Shown here: piece by piece, positions 8,598 to 17,775 of the stretch
Layout of the letters: every line of letters begins with the position of its first letter
Numbering within the stretch: position 1 is the first letter of the stretch
Sequence record: OR805292.1
Length of the DNA stretch: 64,000 nucleotides
Strand: one strand, 5' to 3'
The notes under the pieces: model-generated
Database searches by the model: none
The model's input: the letters and a program-made list of their open reading frames with translations, nothing else
Told to the model about the DNA's origin: nothing
Program-made: the position numbers and the translations under genes

Positions 8598-8762
8598 TTA
8601 GTGACTAAGGAAAGGGGGCAATACCCCTTTCCTATTATTAAGTCAAATGCAAATGCAAATACAAATTATTCTTATTTGCATAGATCAGACCCTGTTGTAT
8701 TCTCCATTACGTGGTGCTACACTGTAAACAGTTGCACAAAACCATAAGCAGGAGTGTTAAAA

Positions 8763-9059
8763 ATGAACCAAGTGAATAACACCGAAGAGATGGCGTACAT
8801 CCGCAATCTGCTTCAGTCTGAAGATGCAGTAAAATACTTTGCTCGCAAAGTCAACGACCTCATCGGCAAAGAGGCATTCGAGCGGCTCCTTAACGGCTTG
8901 TCCTACGAGGAGAATGTGGCACTGAACCTGATGATCGAAAACAATCTCGTTAGCTTGCACAGCGATGGCTTTGTCGGTATCAAGTTCGATCTCAAACTGG
9001 AAGACGTGCGGTCAGACGTCGACTTCACCAACGAAGGCTTCGAGCTAGAGGAAGAGTGA
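8763..9059 (+). CDS. hypothetical acidic protein (~98 aa)
   Basis: AGCAGGAG SD fits ATG 8763; GC-rich codons. Confidence 0.8.
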   Translation: MNQVNNTEEMAYIRNLLQSEDAVKYFARKVNDLIGKEAFERLLNGLSYEENVALNLMIENNLVSLHSDGFVGIKFDLKLEDVRSDVDFTNEGFELEEE

Positions 9060-9196
9060 TGGCTTACTACAATGAATTCTGAATACTGAAAAGTGCCTAA
9101 GAAGTAATTCCAGTTGTATCTAAAACACTATGTGTTATTATACATATAGTGTTTTTATTTCTTATAATTATATTCAATAATAATGGTAAAACATAT

Positions 9197-9520
9197 ATGA
9201 TTGAAGTAATTAAATGCATTATATGTAATGAATCACCCCGTCCCGGTGCATTTGCAGCATTTATTACTCAAATGCGTCAAGTAGTAAAACCTCATGCAAC
9301 TATAACTAGTTGGAATATTCTGCCCGGCATTAATGATGATCCAACTAGTTATATTCATGCATTCAGTATAAAATCAAAAACAGCATACAACATTAATCAA
9401 GCTGTTACCTTATTACTAATGTCATTATATAATGCTAGTGAACATAAAACTAGTTATATACCTACTTCGTTTAAAGACTATGAATCTACAATAAAGCATT
9501 TATCTAAGATCAAACAATAG
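9197..9520 (+). CDS. hypothetical protein with CxxC (~107 aa)
   Basis: The ATG at 9197 lies within track ORF 9149..9520. Confidence 0.65.
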   Translation: MIEVIKCIICNESPRPGAFAAFITQMRQVVKPHATITSWNILPGINDDPTSYIHAFSIKSKTAYNINQAVTLLLMSLYNASEHKTSYIPTSFKDYESTIKHLSKIKQ

Positions 9521-9584
9521 CCAGTTGCATATTTACAAATATACATGTATGCTAATGCATATACACAATTATGAGTACATTATC

Positions 9585-9743
9585 ATGACAAAAGAAATTG
9601 CTTTTACTGAAGGATTAAAAGCAGGCACTCAAATAAAAGAAGGCAAAGCTATCCTAACTGACTTCTTTCGATATTTCAATTCCTTACCAACTAATATGAG
9701 AACTTCTTTTATTATCGGTATCAAAACCGGTAGAAACTATTAA
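9585..9743 (+). CDS. small hypothetical protein (~52 aa)
   Basis: In-frame ATG within track ORF 9525..9743. Confidence 0.55.
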   Translation: MTKEIAFTEGLKAGTQIKEGKAILTDFFRYFNSLPTNMRTSFIIGIKTGRNY

Positions 9744-9827
9744 GCATATTAATTTTTATATTTTGGTAGACAAAGGTACTCACTGGATGCATACTGTATA
9801 CATACAGAACATACGGAGTACAAAGGG

Positions 9828-10097
9828 ATGGATGCGCGTAGCCTGCTTAACCTTATCGAAGACCTCCCTATAGCTGTCTTCGGTAGCACAATGGATATTG
9901 TTCATCGAGTCAATTTTGAAGCTCTGGACAATGCCGCTCACACCGACGGGGTAAAAGTCCACGAAGATGGAACCAACCGTTATACGGACGCTTTTGTCGA
10001 TTGTTGGCTCTGCAGCGTCGAAACAATTTTGGCCTGTTGCGATTTTGTGACTGAGGACGCAGCGAAGTGGTATATCGAGCACGGTGTCAAGTTTTGA
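9828..10097 (+). CDS. hypothetical protein (89 aa)
   Basis: GGAG SD; plausible codon usage. Confidence 0.75.
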   Translation: MDARSLLNLIEDLPIAVFGSTMDIVHRVNFEALDNAAHTDGVKVHEDGTNRYTDAFVDCWLCSVETILACCDFVTEDAAKWYIEHGVKF

Positions 10098-10127
10098 CAT
10101 CCTCTGCCTCGCTTGCAGATAAAAAGG

Positions 10128-10156
10128 TTGACGTAGACTAGCATTGGACACATAAT
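10128..10156 (+). promoter_or_regulatory. sigma70 promoter, second class (AAGGTTGACGT...CATAAT)
   Basis: TTGACG-N17-CATAAT; sister copy TTGACG-N18-CATAAT at 11214-11243. Confidence 0.75.
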
Positions 10157-10210
10157 AATCACAACACAGCGCAACACAATGCAACGCAACCAGCCCAGGA
10201 GGGCAAAACT

Positions 10211-10360
10211 ATGTGCAACATCCAATGCATGAACAGCAAAGCAGGCGAGTCCTACGCATGGATTTGGAGCGATAGTGATAACGATATCTGCTACGAAGTC
10301 ATCTTCAGGCATGGCCAGGTCATTACCCAGGTTTGGCTCGGCTATGATATTGTAGCCTAA
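10211..10360 (+). CDS. 49-aa hypothetical protein (not in track)
   Basis: CAGGAGG SD; MCNIQCMNSKAGESYAWIW...; terminator at 10369-10393. Confidence 0.65.
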   Translation: MCNIQCMNSKAGESYAWIWSDSDNDICYEVIFRHGQVITQVWLGYDIVA

Positions 10361-10409
10361 CACCAACTAAAGCCCCGTCCCAGGCGGGGCTTTACCGAAG
10401 GAAAAGATC

Positions 10410-10619
10410 ATGATCGAACAACTGAAAGACATGCTCGTAGCGCAACGCATGCGCATGAACCAACTCGAAAAACTGCGCTACACCGGACGGGTCGCTAGCG
10501 AGTTGCATGCCCACGCCAGGGAATTGTGTGAAGCCTTGGAACTGGCAATTGCAAATGCCCAGTGCCTGGAAATGCGCAAGCCCGAAGAAGCCGCCCTGCA
10601 CGCCCTGTTCGCACAATAA
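10410..10619 (+). CDS. small coiled-coil protein (69 aa)
   Basis: AAGGA SD; GC-rich. Confidence 0.75.
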   Translation: MIEQLKDMLVAQRMRMNQLEKLRYTGRVASELHAHARELCEALELAIANAQCLEMRKPEEAALHALFAQ

Positions 10620-10652
10620 CCCACCACGCACAACCCGACAAGGAAACCAACC

Positions 10653-11144
10653 ATGAGCACCACAATCCCTGTTTCGATTAACCCAAGTGATCTTCCTGAA
10701 ATCGGCCAGCCGCTGGCCGATGGAACCTTCTTTGCCCGCCAATGGCTCAATGGCAAGGAATACGCCTACGTCGATCTCGGCAAAAGCGCCGAGTTCACTG
10801 GAGAATGGGGCGAGTATGGGCAGGACGTGGTCGGCGCCGTCAGCTATCGAGACGGAGCTTCGAACACGGTCGCCATGGCTGAAGCTGGCAGCCCGATTGC
10901 TAAGCAAGCTATGGAGATCGGAGAAGGCGTATTCATTCCCTCTGTTCTGGAACTGGCTCTTCTGTTCTCCGCCAAGCAAGCAGGCGAGCTGTCTGGTTTC
11001 GCAGATCGCTGGTACTGGTCGAGTTCGCAGTACTCCGCATGCGGCGCCTTCAACACGCACCTCGGCGACGGTGACACAGGTCTCGACCCCAAGTACGTCT
11101 ACTTCCGTGTCCGACCCGTCCGCAAGATTCTCATCCTTCAGTAA
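10653..11144 (+). CDS. DUF1566 / Lcl C-terminal (C-type-lectin-fold-like) protein
   Basis: FIPS..EL, WYWSSSQYS and terminal FRVRPVR motifs, typical of the family seen in Pseudomonas temperate phages. Confidence 0.85.
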   Translation: MSTTIPVSINPSDLPEIGQPLADGTFFARQWLNGKEYAYVDLGKSAEFTGEWGEYGQDVVGAVSYRDGASNTVAMAEAGSPIAKQAMEIGEGVFIPSVLELALLFSAKQAGELSGFADRWYWSSSQYSACGAFNTHLGDGDTGLDPKYVYFRVRPVRKILILQ

Positions 11145-11282
11145 TATAGCCCCGGCGAGCAAACATTGCTCGGAAGGTGCTAACTGAACGACTGGCGGAA
11201 CAATAAATAAAGGTTGACGTGCGTCTAGCGGCGGATGCATAATAGCTACAAGACAACACAGCAAGCCCCGGAGGGCGCAACC

Positions 11283-11483
11283 ATGTCCCAGATCGTAGAT
11301 GTCAAGCAAATTGCAATTGATGCAAACCGTCGCCCGGCCTACAATGCGGTCATGGTGCGCTGGTTGATGCAGGAAGCTGAATTGCACCGTAGCTGCGGAC
11401 GCACCGCTACCCTGTTCTGCATCGTTCGCAACCGCCCCGACGGCACACAGCGCCAGCTTGTGCAGCTTGTGGCTAGCGAATAA
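11283..11483 (+). CDS. hypothetical protein (~66 aa)
   Basis: GGAGG SD supports MSQIVDVK over the track start of 11235. Confidence 0.7.
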   Translation: MSQIVDVKQIAIDANRRPAYNAVMVRWLMQEAELHRSCGRTATLFCIVRNRPDGTQRQLVQLVASE

Positions 11484-11513
11484 CCTCAATCACCCTACGC
11501 CCAGGAGACCGCC

Positions 11514-11681
11514 ATGAACGCCGCATTGGCCAGACTTCAAAACGAGCGCTGTGTGCTACTCCGCCGCATGCTTTGCCTTCATCGGTGGGGTGGCTTTAGC
11601 TTTGCCGGCCACCCGTGGGCGGAGCAAGCCCGCAGTTTGCACGACGAAGCCGAGTGCGTCCGAGAACATCACAGTAAGTAA
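11514..11681 (+). CDS. 55-aa hypothetical protein (not in track)
   Basis: CAGGAG SD; MNAALARLQNERCVLLRR...HHSK. Confidence 0.65.
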   Translation: MNAALARLQNERCVLLRRMLCLHRWGGFSFAGHPWAEQARSLHDEAECVREHHSK

Positions 11682-11715
11682 TCCAATCCCACTGGATCTT
11701 ACTGAGGATAAGATA

Positions 11716-11817
11716 ATGACCTACGCAGAACTAATAAAGAAACTACATAACATAGAAGCTTGTCATTATCTTTCCAATAATGAAGTTAATTTTCAAAACG
11801 CAGGAGAACTAAAATGA
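11716..11817 (+). CDS. 33-aa peptide
   Basis: GAGGA SD; ATGA-coupled to the next ORF. Confidence 0.5.
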   Translation: MTYAELIKKLHNIEACHYLSNNEVNFQNAGELK

Positions 11818-12110
11818 ATTGCGAACATTTTTTCCTCAGTGCAGTAAAAGAACTTCTGTCCCTGTACCACATTAAGAGTACTATTCAACCGTCTTCTGAT
11901 AACCTCGAAGAATTGGTAGTAGTTATTACTGATACTGCTTTTGGTACTATCAGATATGTTGGCAATAACACTGGATCAGTTATGTGTTATACTATGGGCG
12001 GTAATTACCCGTTCTATGACACTGAGTGTTATTCCAACCGAACTATGATAGATTGTGTTATGTTGATATCAGTTTGGTATTCAATGTTCCCGACATTCGA
12101 TAATAAGTAA
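11814..12110 (+). CDS. hypothetical protein (98 aa)
   Basis: CAGGAG SD. Confidence 0.75.
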   Translation: MNCEHFFLSAVKELLSLYHIKSTIQPSSDNLEELVVVITDTAFGTIRYVGNNTGSVMCYTMGGNYPFYDTECYSNRTMIDCVMLISVWYSMFPTFDNK

Positions 12111-12368
12111 TATAATGGTTGCTCTATATAGTGTATGATGTTAGTTGTATACTATATAGAATAATTCTATTAACTGGGAGGGATTAATAAAAATATTTTC
12201 TTGACAATAGCAGGTATAGGATAATTCTATTATACTGAAAATTGTTATAGAAAAATATAGTTGACAAATTTTGAAAGTGATGAATTCCAACACCGGGTGG
12301 CTGTAAGCTGAGACGGTTGACATTCGGTGGGTGGTGGATTGTTACGCGGGTAGATTTTGAAATTCACC

Positions 12369-12516
12369 GTCTATAGGTTCGTCTATAGGTCCACTTATAA
12401 GTCACTTTCATTTATAACACTTCCGTCTATAGGTTCACTTATAAGTCACTTTCATTTATAAGTCATTTATAACACTTTAGTCTATAGGTTCGTCTATAGG
12501 TTCACTTATAAGTCAC
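12369..12516. repeat. non-coding short-repeat array A
   Basis: GTCTATAGGT x5 (12369, 12381, 12425, 12480, 12492) and CACTTATAAGTCAC x3 (12392, 12436, 12503). Confidence 0.9.
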
Positions 12517-12743
12517 CTTCAGTACTGTTACTACACACATTCGCGCCTATAAGTTATTTCACTGTATTGTACTGTACTGACTGTTGACTGTACCGTATCA
12601 TATATACTTCATACAATTCTCTTCTTTATCATGCTGCTAGTAAACAATCTATGTTATTATGCGTAGAAATGTTGTATAGTATATTATAGCAAGTATAGTA
12701 TGATTGCTATACACTATTCCTAATCTCATATTGTAATTTCATA

Positions 12744-14105
12744 TTGTTGTTTAACTTTCCAAATCTGTCTCGGCTGTTCTACTTTATGTCTCATAGTTAC
12801 GTATTTTCTTTATCTAGGCGTATACGTAATAAACAAAGTAACTTTATAAAAAATTACTATAACTCATTAAAATGGGTATACGGCGAAAGAGACATTAATA
12901 GATATATTACACGATACACACTTAATAGAGCATTATATAGAGGCCATTAAATAAAAATGAGTGGTATAATAAAAACATCTGCGTATTATAATAATACTAA
13001 TATATCTTCGTATGTTACAATCATTAAACTAGCTACAACATATAGGTTAAAAGAATTTTCATACATTGGAAATTTAAATATATCTTTAATACGCAATAAA
13101 ACCTATGTTACATTGAGTGTAAGTAAATATGGTATAAAAATTAATGTTAATATTAGAAATATCTAGGTTAGCAAGGGTTATACGATATGATACATTCCTT
13201 AATGCTAAATACACACTTTTTAATAGTATACCGAATTTAAGCATGTATAAAATAGGCATTGATGTTGATGATAACGTTATATCTATAATAGTTTACCAAA
13301 CATATGAATAAGATATTTTTAATTTCTAACAATATTACTTTAATGAAGTATAACATACTTTACTATTATTATTCTGCTATTGCAGTTAATACACATAAAT
13401 TTTGGAAGGATAGAAGTTACGATATTGAAATAACATATACAGGAGGCAATGCAATTATTCTGGAGTTGTTATTTCTAAATTGTAGAATAAAGGTTAGGAA
13501 ACAATATGACTACGAATGAGATTATACGCTGTTCGCGTATTGTAGGGAAGTACTGCATACGAAGATACATTGCTGTATTTTATAGTTGTGAGTTTAAAAG
13601 TTTATATATACAGCTTAGTGAGCTTGGCTCTTATAGAAGTTTAGGTTTAATGTATAGAGAGTCTGATTCAAATATACTTTTTTGTATACTTAGATAATTA
13701 TGAATATATTTAAAATTAGTGTTTTATCATATGAAACAATGCAATTAGATACATTGCTTCGATATATTACAATACCCCAACATGTACCTATAAAGACTGT
13801 TTCCATAGTATATTTAAATGATTCAAAATTTGAAGTATACATTATCTTTGATAACATGAATTATATAATACTCACACATGAATAGTATTTTATTAAGATC
13901 TAGAATTTTATCATACGAAACTATAAATTCTTTTTTTAATATACTCTCGGCTATCAGTAGTAAGCGTAATCATACCTGGTCTGCTGTACGAAGCGTATCG
14001 TGCGAGTGTTTTAGAGACAATAATTACACACGGGTAAATTTCTCTGTTAACACCTTTGCAGATAATACATTTATTTTAGCAAAATATAGAAGTAACAAAG
14101 CATAA
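12744..14105 (+). CDS. array of ~7 overlapping AT-rich micro-ORFs (12744-12950, 12957-13166, 13144-13311, 13304-13519, 13506-13697, 13700-13885, 13878-14105)
   Basis: Uninterrupted start/stop coupling, 55-75 aa each, Ile/Tyr/Asn-rich. Confidence 0.6.
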
Positions 14106-14198
14106 CTCTATAATAAACATATATCGATATACACTAGGGTAAAGGGTGAAACTTGTATATAAGAAAGTGGATCATACATAATAAAATGAATAAACATG

Positions 14199-14348
14199 TA
14201 GGAATAAGTTATATGAGCGAAGTGGTGAAGTGATGGTGCGAAGTGGAACATACATGATACCATGTAGGAATGAGTTATATGAGTGATTATATGAGTGAAG
14301 TGGAACATACATGATAACACATAGGAATGAGTTATATGAGTGAAGTGG
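14199..14348. repeat. non-coding short-repeat array B
   Basis: TAGGAATRAGTTATATGAG x3 (14199, 14265, 14322) and GAAGTGGAACATACATGATA x2 (14240, 14297). Confidence 0.9.
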
Positions 14349-14480
14349 ATTATCTACTAGCACAATTGATTTAAAAAAATGCGTGCTAGCTCCACCAATC
14401 TAAAAAAAATAAAATCTTGCTATGCAAATGCATGCAGTTTTGCTATAATATTATTATATCTAATATAACGGAATTTTAAA

Positions 14481-14855
14481 ATGATATTTGTTTTTGGTAG
14501 TAATGAAGCGGGTCGACATGGTGCCGGCGCAGCAAAATTTGCACTACAGCGTAAAGGTGCAATCTACGGTATCGGTGTAGGTCATCATGGACAAAGTTAT
14601 GCAATTCCTACTAAAGATCATAACATAATTACACTACCGTATGCCGATGTAGAAAAATATGTTAAACAGTTTTTAGAATATGCGAAAAATAATCCACAAT
14701 TGCAATTTCAAGTAACCCGAATCGGTTGTGGTCTAGCAGGTTTTACTGATAACGAAATAGCTCCTCTGTTTGTTACTGCATCGGATAATTGCTATTTCGA
14801 TAGCGCCTGGTCGCCTTATCTTCCTAGCAATTTTAAATTTTGGGGAAGTTTATGA
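14481..14855 (+). CDS. macrodomain-like protein (FVFGSN..G.HG.GAA family)
   Basis: IFVFGSNEAGRHGAGAA, SYAIPTK and VTRIGCGLAG motifs. Confidence 0.75.
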   Translation: MIFVFGSNEAGRHGAGAAKFALQRKGAIYGIGVGHHGQSYAIPTKDHNIITLPYADVEKYVKQFLEYAKNNPQLQFQVTRIGCGLAGFTDNEIAPLFVTASDNCYFDSAWSPYLPSNFKFWGSL

Positions 14856-16779
14856 ATATAATAGAGAAAATACAAGACTATAATAGTGTTTTTGATAGAA
14901 TAACAGTCTCATATTTATTGCAATTAATAACAGGGAGTGAAAAGTTAATTAACTTTGATTTTATCAATATAAAGATAGTAACATATAAAACTAGTGTAAC
15001 TAGTAAACCTAGTGCAACATTAGAATATAGAACATGCAGTTTTCCTATAAAAATAGGATTAGTATAGTGAATAAACAACAAGCAGAATATATTCACGCAT
15101 ACATTAAGGTGTTAAGTGTCTGTTCTATTAATAAAATAATTAATAAGCGAGTGAAACATTTTAGTATATACATAACAGAAGTTATTCATGATTTTGATGG
15201 AAAATATTTAATTGTGAGATCTAAATTTTATATTGTAGGCATTTACGGTTGTTATAGTCAGCCGGTTATATACAAATGCATATAGATATATTAGATTATT
15301 CAGCACGTTTCGGTAGAAGGTCTAATGCCGTATCTATGTTAATTTACCTTGCGTTTTTAACGGTTAATACTAAGCATATAAAAATAAAAATAGATAAATC
15401 GTCTAGAGTTTTCTTTTCTATGATAGAAAATAACAATTTAAGATATAGTATAGGTATAGTATGTCAGTAAAGGATATACTAATTTTATCTAATTTCTTTA
15501 ATAAAGAAAAGTCAAATGCATCTATTTGTCTTATGCTAACAGTAACTTCAAATCTTGCTCCTTTAAAAATGCCGCTCGAAAACATAAAACTTTTAACTGT
15601 AAATATACATTTTTCCAAAGCTACATCAAACCACATAAAATATGAGTTTACTTTTGTAACAGACAGCACCGTACTTAACTACTTAAATGGATATGCAGTG
15701 TATATAAGACATGATTAAACTTTTTGACAGTGTTACTAATATCCTATTTTTATCCCATTATATTATTGTAAATGATAAACTTATATCTGCATTTGTAAAA
15801 TTTTACAATACGGATAAAAATAAAGATGTTAAACCGCATTTTATTATAGTTACAGACTATTATAATAGAATATCGAAAAATATATTTTTCGTAGTAGACG
15901 ATGCGTATTATGTAACCAGGTATAACGAATGAATTATCATACCAAACTTTTTACATTAGTTAATACATTTTCTATATCACATGCCATGCACTGTAATATA
16001 TGTAATGCACATTTAGCTAACATAACGTTTTTATTTTATATTAAAGATGCATATTGTGTCGATTTGCATCACGTTAAGTTAACAACAAAAAAATTGTTTA
16101 ATAAAGATGAAATTTATATGTTTACTAATATAAATTCTTTAAAAATATGTGAAATACGTTGTGTATAACTTTTTATATTATAATAAAAAGATTATAGTTT
16201 TATAACATGATTGAGAATCATCTAAATTTATGTTCATTGTATATACAAATGCCTAATAATCTTACTTATTAACGTACTATTCAATATTATAGGATTTTAT
16301 AATTGATATGTATATAATAGACCTGCAATATTTTTATTCCTACAAATCTATAATAAAATCTATAATATATATTAACCCACATTCCATTAATGTACGTTTT
16401 TCATTAATAAAATACCACTACGCATGGCTAGTATATACTAGTCACGGTCATACATTATTCAACAAAATAATAACAGATAATATTGCTAAGTAATCGTTTC
16501 ATATTTGCTTATAAACAAATGTTTACATAATTGTATTATATAGTGTATTATTAAGTATTGTTGCAAGGATCGCAACAACGGAGATAACAAGGAATGTTAA
16601 CAATTTCATCAGTAGAATTGGCATATGTAAATACTACATGCCTTTTTAGGGCATCTATGTTGCTAAGGGAAATGCCAGGTAGTAATATAAGAGTTTATCT
16701 AGGTAAAAAAGTACAAACGATGGTAATGTTGTCACGTACATTACCTGTTAAAATTGGATATATTCCGCAGAAGGGCTAA
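14840..16779 (+). CDS. second array of ~8 AT-rich micro-ORFs (14840-15067, 15034-15285, 15276-15470, 15461-15718, 15711-15932, 15929-16168, 16308-16493, 16594-16779)
   Basis: Overlapping starts and stops; 60-85 aa; same composition as the first array. Confidence 0.6.
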
Positions 16780-16782
16780 GAA

Positions 16783-17760
16783 ATGACTATAGTATATGCA
16801 CATGAAATAAAAAATGATGTTTTTGTAGTTAGAACTGGTGCATATCTGTTTAACAATAATACAGCAATTCCTAGGCAAAATAACGGAAAACCTATTGTTT
16901 CTGTCGATTTTGCCATACATGACGGAATAAAAGAATATGCAGTAAAAAGTAATGGTTTGATAGAATTTTATGCATCTAAAGACGACATAGAAACTAAACA
17001 GTACACAATAATAACATATATTCATTATGTTTCTCATTATATCCATTCTGTAGATAATACCATATTGTCTGTTCAAGACTATGACACATTTAAACTATGT
17101 AATGAAATAGATAAAGGATATTTAAATCTTTATTCCGAGTGCTATGCTAAGACAAAATACAAAGAAGATACAATCCAAATTGTTATACAAAATAAGCTCG
17201 AAAGTATTGAAGACGAAATGCTAAGAAAGCATGCAATGCCTGTATTTTTGCCAGATCCGTACAACGTAAGTTCCGGAAAATCGGTGTATTCTATAAATTT
17301 AGAAAATGTAATTATAGATTACATTGAAACTAATGTTAATTCTGTAGTTAAAAATAAACTTGAACAAAAAATAAAAAATCCTTCTGATCCGTATTTTTAT
17401 AAATCAAAAATTCTTAGAAACCAATATTATATAGAAAAAACAAACATTTCTATTGCACTAAGTATAGGACAGTCACTACACAGTACACTCTATACTAGTA
17501 ATACGTTCGTCGGGTCTATAGAAAGTATTAACATATCGTTAAAACATGCTATGAAACAATTAAAAATGATGTGCGATCTTTATATATCGTTAAATGATAC
17601 ATCAAATACCGATATGACCTTTTTAGTTGGCCATCTCGACTCATTAGCTAGAATAGTACGACAGATAGATTTTAAAATAAAAGATAAAGACAAAAGAACT
17701 TTATTAATTGATTCGATTGATAAAATAAAAGAAAGTATAATAAAAAGAAAAGAAGATTAA
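16783..17760 (+). CDS. hypothetical protein (325 aa)
   Basis: Long ORF ending at a bidirectional terminator; no family recognised. Confidence 0.85.
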   Translation: MTIVYAHEIKNDVFVVRTGAYLFNNNTAIPRQNNGKPIVSVDFAIHDGIKEYAVKSNGLIEFYASKDDIETKQYTIITYIHYVSHYIHSVDNTILSVQDYDTFKLCNEIDKGYLNLYSECYAKTKYKEDTIQIVIQNKLESIEDEMLRKHAMPVFLPDPYNVSSGKSVYSINLENVIIDYIETNVNSVVKNKLEQKIKNPSDPYFYKSKILRNQYYIEKTNISIALSIGQSLHSTLYTSNTFVGSIESINISLKHAMKQLKMMCDLYISLNDTSNTDMTFLVGHLDSLARIVRQIDFKIKDKDKRTLLIDSIDKIKESIIKRKED

Positions 17761-17775
17761 ATCTTCTTTTCTTTT
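17743..17775. terminator. bidirectional terminator at the early/late convergence
   Basis: AAAAGAAAAGAAGAT-TAA-ATCTTCTTTTCTTTT. Confidence 0.9.

Noticed and set aside
10653-11144. Active diversity-generating retroelement
   Set aside because: No reverse transcriptase and no template repeat seen in this window.
10392-11489. 365-aa minus-strand ORF (also 7089..7547 and 35..406)
   Set aside because: These are antisense shadows of GC-rich + strand genes that have proper SD sites and promoters.
12369-14348. Repeat arrays as a CRISPR array
   Set aside because: Units are 10-20 bp, irregularly nested, with no unique ~30-bp spacers and no cas genes in the window.
14108-14363. ORFs with repeated HFT/SYM or PLHSYN motifs
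   Set aside because: They are translations of repeat array B with no SD; probably spurious.
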